Positions 53,707 through 64,000 of a DNA stretch of 64,000 bases are shown here, piece after piece (the first letter of the stretch is position 1; each line of letters starts with the position of its first letter). This DNA is from Heterodontus francisci (lineage: Eukaryota), in assembly GCF_036365525.1 (NCBI RefSeq), contig NC_090378.1, positions 119,893,593 through 119,957,592 of the forward strand, given 5' to 3'. The notes below the pieces were generated by a model. It made no database searches. It was not told the DNA's origin and saw nothing but the letters and a program-made list of their open reading frames with translations. Position numbers and translations under genes: made by a program.

Positions 53707-54424
53707 TTTTCTTTTGTTATTTGTTCATGGGATATGGGCGTCACTGGCTAGGCCAGCATTTATTGCCCATCCCGAATTGCCCACTGAAGGCATTTAAGAG
53801 TCAACCACATTGCTGTGGGTCTGGAGTCACATGAAGGCCAGACCAGGTAAGGCCTGCAGATTTCCTTCCCTGAAGGACATTAGTGAACCAGATGGGTTTT
53901 TACAACAATCGACAATGGTTTCATGGTCACCATTCCACCAGCTTTTAATTCCAGATTTATTAATTGAATTCAAATTTCACTATCTGCCATGGTGGGATTC
54001 AAACACATGTCCCCAGAATGGCACAGTGGCGCAGTGGTTAGCACCGCAGCCTCACAGCTCCAGCGACCCGGGTTCAATTCTGGGTACTGCCTGTGTGGAG
54101 TTTGCAAGTTCTCTCTGTGTCTGCGTGGGTTTCCTCCGGGTGCTCCGGTTTCCTCAAACATGCCAAAGACTTGCAGATTGATAGGTAAATTGGCCATTAG
54201 CAATTGCCCCTAGTATAGGTAGGTGGTAGGGAAATATGGGTACAGGTGAGGATGTGGTAGGAATATGGAATTAGTGTAGGATTAGTATAAATGGGTGGTT
54301 GATGGTCGGCACAGACTCGGTGGGCCGAAGGGCCTGTTTCAATGCTGTATCTCTAAAAAAAAAATTAGCCTGGGCCTCTGGATTACTGGTCAAGTGACAT
54401 TACCACTACACCATCACCTCCCCC
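53707..54424 (-). mobile_element. tRNA-headed SINE whose 3' tail matches the LINE at 2432
   Basis: Minus-strand head TGGTGTAGTGG (A box) … GTTTGAATCC (B box). Tail 53720-53783 matches 2440-2503 (gggat.tggg.gtc.ctggct..gccagcatttattgcccatccc.aattgccc). Confidence 0.75.
54019..54364 (+). mobile_element. V-SINE (HE1-like) nested within the head of the previous SINE
   Basis: A box TGGCGCAGTGG, B box GGTTCAATTC, V-domain gtgtggagtttgca.gttctc…gcgtgggtttcctccgggtgctccggtttcctc, CR1-type tail gggccgaagggcctgtttc and an A-run. Confidence 0.85.
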
Positions 54425-56351
54425 TACAATCGAGAACCAGGCTGAATGTAGAAGGCTCAGAGGGGAATTTAAAAGGCAAAGGGAAGAAAAGAGAGAGTAT
54501 GAAAAGAGACTGGCAGCTAATACAATAGTGGATCTAATAATCTTGTATCAGCATGTATATAGTAAAAGAGTGGTAAAAGGAGCAGTGGGGCGTATAGGGA
54601 CCAAAAAGGGGATTTACACATGGAGGTAGGAGCATGGCTGAGGTATGAAATGAATACTTTCCATCTGTCTTTATCAAGGGAGAAGATGCTGCACAGGTCA
54701 TAGTGAAAGAGAAGGTAATTCAGACACCAGATGGGTTTAAAATTGATAAAGAGGAGTTATTGGATAGGCTGTCTGTACTTAAAGTGGATTAAACACCAGG
54801 ACCGGATGAGATGCACCCAAGGATACTGAGGGAGTGAGAGTGGAAATTGCAGAGCCACTGGCCATAATTTTACAGTCTTCGTTAAACTCAGGGATGGTGG
54901 CAGAGAATTGGAGAATTGTAAATGTAACACCCTTGTTCAAAAAAAGGGTGTAAAGATAAGCCCAGCAATGTCAAGCCAGTCAGTTTAACATCAGTGGTGG
55001 GGAAACTTCTAGAAAGAATAATTCGGGACAAGATTAATAGTCACATGGACAAGTGCAAGTTAGTTAAGGAAAGCCAGCAATGATTTGTTCAGGGCAAATC
55101 ATGTTTAACTAACTTGTTGGAGTTTTTGATGAGGTAACAGAGAGAGTTGATGAGGGCAATGTTGTTGCTGTTGATGTTGTGTACATGGACTTTCAAAAGG
55201 TGTTTGATACAGTGCCACACAACAGACTGGTGAGCAAAGTTCTAGCTCATGGAATAAAAGGGACAGTAGCAACATGGATACAAAATTGGCTGAGTGACAG
55301 GAAAAAGAGAGTAGTTAATGGATGTTTTTCAGGCTGGAGGAAGATTTGTAGTGGAGATCCTCAGGGATCAGTGTTGGGACCCTTGCTTTTCCTAATATAT
55401 ATTAATGACCTAGACCTTGGTGTGCAGGGCACAATTTCAAAATTTGCAGATGATACAAAACTTGGAAGTATGTGAACTGTGAGGAAGACAGTGTAGAACT
55501 TCAAAAGGATACAGACAGGTTGGTGGAATGGGCTGACAAGTGGCAGATGAAATTTAAATGCAGAGAAGTGTGATGTGGTAGAGAGAATGCGGAGAGACAA
55601 TATAAAATAAAGGGTATAATTCTAAAGGGGGTACAGGAGCAGAGGGACCTAAGTGTGCGGAAGTCATTGAAGGTGGCAGGACAGGTTGAGAGAGAGGTTA
55701 ATAAAGCATACAGTATCCTGGGCTTTATTAATAGGGGCACAGAGTACAAGAGCAAGGAGGTTATGTTAAACTTGTATAAAACACTAGTTCAGCCTCAACT
55801 GGAGGACTGTGTCCAGTTCTGGGTGACACAATTTAGGAAGGAAGTGAAGGCATTAGAGAGGGTGCAGAAAGGATTCACAAGAATCGGTCCAGGGATAGTT
55901 ATGTGGATAAATTGGAGAAGCTGGGACTATTTCCTTGGAGATGAGAAGGTAGAGAGGAGATTTGATGGGGGTATTCAAAATCATTAGGGCTCTGGACAGA
56001 GTAGATAGGGAGAAACTATTACCATTGGTGGAAGGATCGAGAACCAGAGGGCAGAGATTTAAGGTAATTGGCAAAAGATGCAATGGTGACATGAGGAGAA
56101 ACTTTTTCACACAGGGAGTAGTTCGGATCTGGAATACACTGCCTGAGAGTGTGGTGGAGGCAGGTTCAATTGATGCATTCAAAAGGGAATTGGATTATTC
56201 TCCTAAAAGGAAGGATATGCAGGATGACGGGGAGAAGGTGCCGGAGTGTCACGAGGTGAATTGCTCTTTCAGAGATCCAGCACAGAAATAATGGCCTGAA
56301 TGGCCTTCTTCTGTGCTGTAACCATTCTATAATTCTATCATTTTTTTTCAA

Positions 56352-56572
56352 AGTCTGTATTTGTCTCTCATTGCCTGCGTGTCTCCCGTTGTGTGTGTGT
56401 GGATGTGAGTGTCTCTTTCCTTCTGTCTCTCTCTCAATGTCTGTGTGCATGTCTCTGTGCCTCGACGCATATCTCCCTGTCCCTCTCCCACCTTCTCTCA
56501 CTCATTCTGTCTCTCCCTTGGTCTGTATCTCTCTCACAGTCTGCCTCTCACTGTTTCTGTGTCTTGCTGTGT
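56352..56572. repeat. CT/GT low-complexity tract
   Basis: Degenerate ctctctgtgtct repeats. Confidence 0.7.
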
Positions 56573-56770
56573 CCAAGCTGCATGCAGCAGTGCTCGGGAG
56601 AGTTGGAATCCCAATTCAATGAAAATATTTTCAGCATCTCTTCATATGTGCACATGGAGTGTTCGAGGAACAACTTAAGCCTTCAATGAGCAGTGGGCAC
56701 CACAGGGGCAGTGGGGTGTAGTGGACAGTGAACATAATGTCATGGTTTAATTTGATCAGTTTACGTTCTT

Positions 56771-59700
56771 CATTAATTATATTACATATATAAATGTGGG
56801 ATGTGTCAGTACAGGAGGTGGGACTGTGTGTCCATTATTATATATTATATATAACTGTGGGATGTGTCAGTGCAGGAGGTGGGACTGTGTGTCCATTATT
56901 ATATATTATATATAACTGTGAGATGTGTCAGTCCAGGAGGTGGGACTGTGTGTCCATTATTATATATTATATACAACTGTGGGATGTGTCAGTACAGGAG
57001 GTGGGACTGTGTGTCCATTATTATATATTATATATAACTGTGAGATGTGTCAGTACAGGAGGTGAGACTGTGTGTCCATTATTATATATTATATATAACT
57101 GTGGGATGTGTCAGTGCAGGAGGTGGGACTGTGTGTCCATTATTATATATTATATATAACTGTGAGATGTGTCAGTCCAGGAGGTGGGACTGTGTGTCCA
57201 TTATTATATATTATATACAACTGTGGGATGTGTCAGTACAGGAGGTGGGACTGTGTGTCCATTATTATATATTATATATAACTGTGAGATGTGTCAGTAC
57301 AGGAGGTGAGACTGTGTGTCCATTATTATATATTATATATAACTGTGGGATGTGTCAGTACAGGAGGTGGGACTGTGTGTCCATTGTTATATATTATATA
57401 TAACTGTGGGACATGTCAGTACAGGAGGTGGGACTGTGTGTCCATTGTTATATATTATATATAACTGTGGGACATGTCAGTACAGGAGGTGGGACTGTGT
57501 GTCCATTATTCTATATTATATATAACTGTGGGATGTGTCAGTCCAGGAGGTGGGACTGTGTGTCCATTATTATATATTCTATATAACTGTGGGATGTGTC
57601 AGTACAGGAGGTGGAACTGTGTGTCCATTATTATATATTATATATAACTGTGGGATGTGTCAGTACAGGAGGTGGGACTGTGTGCCCATTATTATATATT
57701 ATATATAACTGTGGGATGTGTCAGTCCAGGAGGTGGGACTGTCTGTCCATTATTATATATTATATATAACTGTGGGATGTGTCAGTGCAGGAGGTGAGAC
57801 TGTGTGTCCATTATTATATATTATATATAACTGTGGGATGTGTCAGTCCAGGAGGTGGGACTGTGTGTCCATTATTATATATTATATATAACTGTGGGAT
57901 CTGTCAGTCCAGGAGGTGGGACTGTGTGTCCATTATTATATATTATATATAACTGTGGGATGTGTCAGTCCAGGAGGTGGACTGTGTGTCCATTATTATA
58001 TATTATATATAACTGTGGGATGCGTCAGTCCAGGAGGTGAGACTGTGTGTCCATTATTATATATTATATATAACTGTGGGATGTGTCAGTCCAGGAGGTG
58101 GGACTGTGTGTCCATTATTATATATTATATATAACTGTGGGATGTGTCAGTCCAGGAGGTGAGACTGTGTGTCCATTATTATATATTATATATAACTGTG
58201 GGATGTGTCAGTCCAGGAGGTGGGACTGTGTGTCCATTATTATATATTATATATAACTGTGGGATGTGTCAGTATACAGGAGGTGGGACTGTGTGTCCAT
58301 TATTATATATTACATATAGCTGTGGGATGTGTCAGTACAGGAGGTGAGACTGTGTGTCCATTATTATATATTATATATAACTGTGGGATGTGTCAGTATA
58401 CAGGAGTTGGAACTGTGTTTCCATTATTATATATTATATATAGCTGTGGGATGTTTCAGTACAGGAGGTGAGACTGTGTGTCCATTATTATATATTATAT
58501 ATAACTGTGGGACGTGTCAGTACAGGAGGTGGGACTGTGTGTCCATTATTATATATTATATATAACTGTGGGACGTGTCAGTACAGGAGGTGGGACCGTG
58601 TGTCCATTATTATATATTATATATAACTGTGGGATGTGTCAGTCCAGGAGGTGGGACTGTGTGTCCATTATTCTATATTATATACAACTGTGGGATGTGT
58701 CAGTCCAGGAGGTGGGACTGTGTGTCCATTATTATGTATTATATATAACTGTGGGATGTGTCAGTACAGGAGGTGGAACTGTGTGTCCATTATTATATAT
58801 TATATATAACTGTGGGATGTATCAGGACAGGAGGTGGGACTGTGTGTCCATTATTATATATTATATATAACTGTGGGATGTGTCAGTCCAGGAGGTGGGA
58901 CTGTGTGTCCATTATTCTATATTATATACAACTGTGGGATGTGTCAGTCCAGGAGGTGGGACTGTGTGTCCATTATTATGTATTATATATAACTGTGGGA
59001 TGTGTCAGTACAGGAGGTGGAACTGTGTGTCCATTATTATATATTATATATAACTGTGGGATGTATCAGGACAGGAGGTGGGACTGTGTGTCCATTATTA
59101 TATATTATATATAACTGTGGGATGTGTCAGTCCAGGAGGTGGGACTGTGTGTCCATTATTATATATTATATATAACTGTGGGATGTATCAGGACAGGAGG
59201 TGGGACTGTGTGTCCATTATTATATATTATATATAACTGTGGGATGTGTCAGTCCAGGAGGTGGGACTGTGTGTCCATTATTATGTATTATATATAACTG
59301 TGGGATGTGTCAGTACAGGAGGTGGAACTGTGTGTCCATTATTATATATTATATATAACTGTGGGATGTATCAGGACAGGAGGTGGGACTGTGTGTCCAT
59401 TATTATATATTATATATAACTGTGGGATGTGTCAGTCCAGGAGGTGGGACTGTGTATCCATTATTATATATTATATACAACTGTGGGATGTGTCAGTCCA
59501 GGAGGTGGGACTGTGTGTCCATTATTATATATTATATATAACTGTAGGATGTGTCAGTCCAGGAGGTGGGACTGTGTGTCCATTATTCTATATTATATAT
59601 AACTGTGGGATGTGTCAGTCCAGGAGGTGGGACTGTGTGTCCATTATTATATATTCTATATAACTGTGGGATGTGTCAGTACAGGAGGTGGAACTGTGTG

Positions 59701-62700
59701 TCCATTATTATATATTATATATAACTGTGGGATGTGTCAGTACAGGAGGTGGGACTGTGTGCCCATTATTATATATTATATATAACTGAGGGATGTGTCA
59801 GTCCAGGAGGTGGGAGTGTCTGTCCATTATTATATATTATATATAACTGTGGGATGTGTCAGTCCAGGAGGTGGGACTGTGTGTCCATTATTATATATTA
59901 TATATAACTGTGGGATGCGTCAGTGCAGGAGGTGAGACTGTGTGTCCATTATTATATATTATATATAACTGTGGGATGTGTCAGTCCAGGAGGTGGGACT
60001 GTGTGTCCATTATTATATATTATATATAACTGTGGGATGTGTCTGTCCAGGAGGTGGGACTGTGTGTCCATTATTATATATTATATATAACTGTGGGATG
60101 TGTCAGTCCAGGAGGTGGACTGTGTGTCCATTATTATATATTATATATAACTGTGAGATGCGTCAGTCCAGGAGGTGAGACTGTGTGTCCATTATTATAT
60201 ATTATATATAACTGTGGGATGTGTCAGTCCAGGAGGTGGGACTGTGTGTCCATTATTATATATTATATATAACTGTGGGATGTGTCAGTATACAGGAGGT
60301 GGGACTGTGTGTCCATTAGTATATATTACATATAGCTGTGGGATGTGTCAGTACAGGAGGTGAGACTGTGTGTCCATTATTGTATATTATATATAACTGT
60401 GGGATGTGTCAGTACAGGAGGTGGGACTGTGTGTCCATTGTTATATATTATATATAACTGTGGGATGTGTCAGTCCAGGAGGTGGGACTGTGTGTCCATT
60501 ATTATATATTATATATAACTGTGGGATGTGTCAGTCCAGGAGGTGGGACTGTGTGTCCATTATTATATATTATATATAACTGTGGGATGTGTCAGTACAG
60601 GAGGTGGGACTGTGTGTCCATTATTTTAAATTATATATAACTGTGGGATGTGTCAGTACAGGAGGTGGGAATGTGTGTCCATTATTATATATTATATATA
60701 ACTGTGGGATGTGTCAGTCCAGGAGGTGGGACTGTGTGTCCATTATTATATATTATATATAACTGTGGGATGTGTCAGTCCAGGAGGTGGGACTGTGTGT
60801 CCATTATTATGTATTATATATAACTGTGGGATGTGTCAGTACAGGAGGTGGAACTGTGTGTCCATTATTATATATTATATATAACTGTGGAATGTGTCAG
60901 GACAGGAGGTGGGACTGTGTGTCCATTATTATATATTATATATAACTGTGGGATGTGTCAGTCCAGGAGGTGGGACTGTGTGTCCATTATTCTATATTAT
61001 ATACAACTGTGGGATGTGTCAGTCCAGGAGGTGGGACTGTGTGTCCATTATTATATATTATATATAACTGTAGGATGTGTCAGTTCAGGAGGTGGGACTG
61101 TGTGTCCATTATTCTATATTATATATAACTGTGGGATGTGTCAGTCCAGGAGGTGGGACTGTGTGTCCATTATTATATATTCTATATAACTGTGGGATGT
61201 GTCAGTACAGGAGGTGGAACTGTGTGTCCATTATTATATATTATATATAACTGTGGGATGTGTCAGTACAGGAGGTGGGACTGTGTGCCCATTATTATAT
61301 ATTATATATAACTGTGGGATGTGTCAGTCCAGGAGGTGGGAGTGTCTGTCCATTATTATATATTATATATAACTGTGGGATGTGTCAGTACAGGAGGTGG
61401 GACTGTGTGCCCATTATTATATATTATATATAACTGAGGGATGTGTCAGTCCAGGAGGTGGGAGTGTCTGTCCATTATTATATATTATATATAACTGTGG
61501 GATGCGTCAGTGCAGGAGGTGGGACTGTGTGTCCATTGTTATATATTATATGTAACTGTGGGATGTGTCAGTCCAGGAGGTGGGACTGTGTGTCCATTAT
61601 TATATATTATATATAACTGTGGGATGTGTCAGTCCAGGAGGTGGGACTGTGTGTCCATTATTATATATTATATATAACTGTGGGATGTGTCAGTACAGGA
61701 GGTGGGACTGTGTGTCCATTATTTTAAATTATATATAACTGTGGGATGTGTCAGTACAGGAGGTGGGACTGTGTGTCCATTATTATATATTATATATAAC
61801 TGTGGGATGTGTCAGTATACAGGAGGTGGGACTGTGTGTCCATTATTATATATTACATATAGCTGTGGGATGTGTCAGTACAGGAGGTGAGACTGTGTGT
61901 CCATTATTATATATTATATATAACTGTGGGATGTGTCAGTATACAGGAGGTGGGACTGTGTGTCCATTATTATATATTATATATAACTGTGGGATGTGTC
62001 AGTACAGGAGGTGGGACTGTGTGTCCATTATTTTAAATTATATATAACTGTGGGATGTGTCAGTACAGGAGGTGGGACTGTGTGTCCATTATTATATATT
62101 ATATATAACTGTGGGATGTGTCAGTATACAGGAGGTGGGACTGTGTGTCCATTATTATATATTACATATAGCTGTGGGATGTGTCAGTACAGGAGGTGAG
62201 ACTGTGTGTCCATTATTATATATTATATATAACTGTGGGATGTGTCAGTATACAGGAGGTGGAACTGTGTTTCCATTATTATATATTATATATAGCTGTG
62301 GGATGTGTCAGTACAGGAGGTGAGACTGTGTGTCCATTATTATATATTATATATAACTGTGGGATGCGTCAGTGCAGGAGGTGAGACTGTGTGTCCATTA
62401 TTATATATTATATATAACTGTGGGATGTGTCAGTCCAGGAGGTGGGACTGTGTGTCCATTATTATATATTATATATAACTGTGGGATGTGTCAGTCCAGG
62501 AGGTGGGACTGTGTGTCCATTATTATATATTATATATAACTGTGGGATGTGTCAGTCCAGGAGGTGGACTGTGTGTCCATTATTATATATTATATATAAC
62601 TGTGGGATGCGTCAGTCCAGGAGGTGAGACTGTGTGTCCATTATTATATATTATATATAACTGTGGGATGTGTCAGTCCAGGAGGTGGGACTGTGTGTCC

Positions 62701-64000
62701 ATTATTATATATTATATATAACTGTGGGATGTGTCAGTCCAGGAGGTGAGACTGTGTGTCCATTATTATATATTATATATAACTGTGGGATGTGTCAGTC
62801 CAGGAGGTGGGACTGTGTGTCCATTATTATATATTATATATAACTGTGGGATGTGTCAGTATACAGGAGGTGGGACTGTGTGTCCATTATTATATATTAC
62901 ATATAGCTGTGGGATGTGTCAGTACAGGAGGTGAGACTGTGTGTCCATTATTATATATTATATATAACTGTGGGATGTGTCAGTATACAGGAGGTGGAAC
63001 TGTGTTTCCATTATTATATATTATATATAGCTGTGGGATGTGTCAGTACAGGAGGTGAGACTGTGTGTCCATTATTATATATTATATATAATTGTGGGAC
63101 GTGTCAGTACAGGAGGTGGGACTGTGTCTCCATTATTATATATTATATATAACTGTGGGATGTGTCAGTACAGGAGGTGGGACTGTGTGTCCATTATTAT
63201 ATATTATATATAACTGTGGGACGTGTCAGTACAGGAGGTGGGACTGTGTGTCCATTATTATATATTATATATAACAGTGGGATGTGTCAGTACAGGAGGT
63301 GGGACTGTGTGCCCATTATTATATATTATATATAACTGTGGGATGTGTCAGTACAGGAGTTGGGACTGTGTGTCCATTATTATATTATATATAACAGTGG
63401 GACATGTCAGTACAGGAGGTGGGACTGTGTGTCCATTATTATATATTATATATAACAGTGGGATGTGTCAGTACAGGAGGTGGGACTGTGTGTCCATTAT
63501 TATATTATATATAACAGTGGGACATGTCAGTACAGGAGGTGGGACTGCGTGTCCATTATTATATATTATATATAACTGTGGGATGTGTCAGTACAGGAGT
63601 TGGGACTGTGTGTCCATTATTATAATATATATATAACTGTGGGATGTGTCAGTACAGGAGTTGGGACTGTGTGTCCATTATTATATTATATATAACAGTG
63701 GGACATGTCAGTACAGGAGGTGGGACTGTGTGTCCATTATTATATATTATATATAACTGTGGGATGTGTCAGTACAGGAGGCGGGACTGTGTGTCCATTA
63801 TTATATATTATATCTAACTGTGAGACGTGTCAGTGCAGGAGGTGGGACTGTGTGTCCATTATTATATATTATATATAACTGTGGGACGTGTCAGTCCAGG
63901 ATGTGGGACTGTGTGTCCATTATTATATATTATATATAACTGTGAGACGTGTCAGTGCAGGAGGTGGGACTGTGTGTCCATTTTTATATATTATATAGAA
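56771..64000. repeat. 61-bp satellite array, about 118 units, runs off the window end
   Basis: Consensus GGACTGTGTGTCCATTATTATATATTATATATAACTGTGGGATGTGTCAGT(A/C)CAGGAGGTG; some units are 59, 60 or 63 bp. Confidence 0.99.

Larger units (their letters stand above)
53497..56340 (+). mobile_element. CR1 LINE ORF2, decayed, with an intact 3' tail; interrupted by nested SINEs
   Basis: Motifs [71 protein letters not shown]; (ATTCTAT)n tail at 56323-56338. Confidence 0.95.

Noticed and set aside
52326-53797. Long Cys/Val/Leu/Ser ORFs and antisense Arg/His/Thr ORFs
   Set aside because: Translations of the CT/GT minisatellite.
54019-54090. tRNA gene
   Set aside because: The A/B boxes belong to a SINE head followed by a V-domain and LINE-type tail; no complete cloverleaf.
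56340-56770. Possible location of the V segment or its 12-RSS
   Set aside because: No YYC or WYQQ-type frame and no GGTTTTTGT-12-CACTGTG found by eye.
56794-63636. Many short Cys/Tyr-rich ORFs (CPLLYIIYNCGMCQ)
   Set aside because: Frame-cycling translations of the 61-bp satellite.

Overview
Eukaryotic DNA from a cartilaginous fish (shark), containing part of an immunoglobulin kappa-type (type III / NS4-like) light-chain cluster on the minus strand. There is one unrearranged J segment (52315-52349, LTFGKGTKLRL) with a 23-bp-spacer RSS, a 3975-bp J-C intron, an intact C exon (48011-48339) and a likely poly(A) signal at about 47510. No V segment is visible in the 11.6 kb upstream of J. The J-C unit lies between two large satellites: a ~30.8-kb array of a 45-bp unit with higher-order structure (16097-46905) and a >7-kb array of a 61-bp unit (56771-64000). 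All the giant His-rich and Cys/Val-rich ORFs are artefacts of these repeats. The first 16 kb is nested transposon debris: a Harbinger-like Myb/SANT remnant, CR1/L2-type LINEs, a solo LTR, a Gypsy fragment, a Penelope-like insert with a hammerhead-like core, and an RTE LINE. The most notable observations are (i) an orphan Bcl-2-family BH3-like reading frame with gene-like splice and poly(A) signals at about 15.0-15.5 kb, (ii) a heptamer-like/23-bp/nonamer-like cryptic RSS geometry in each 61-bp satellite unit on the V side of J, and (iii) a CAGTAYNGG core shared by four otherwise unrelated tandem repeats around the locus. All family assignments come from motif recognition by eye; no searches were run.
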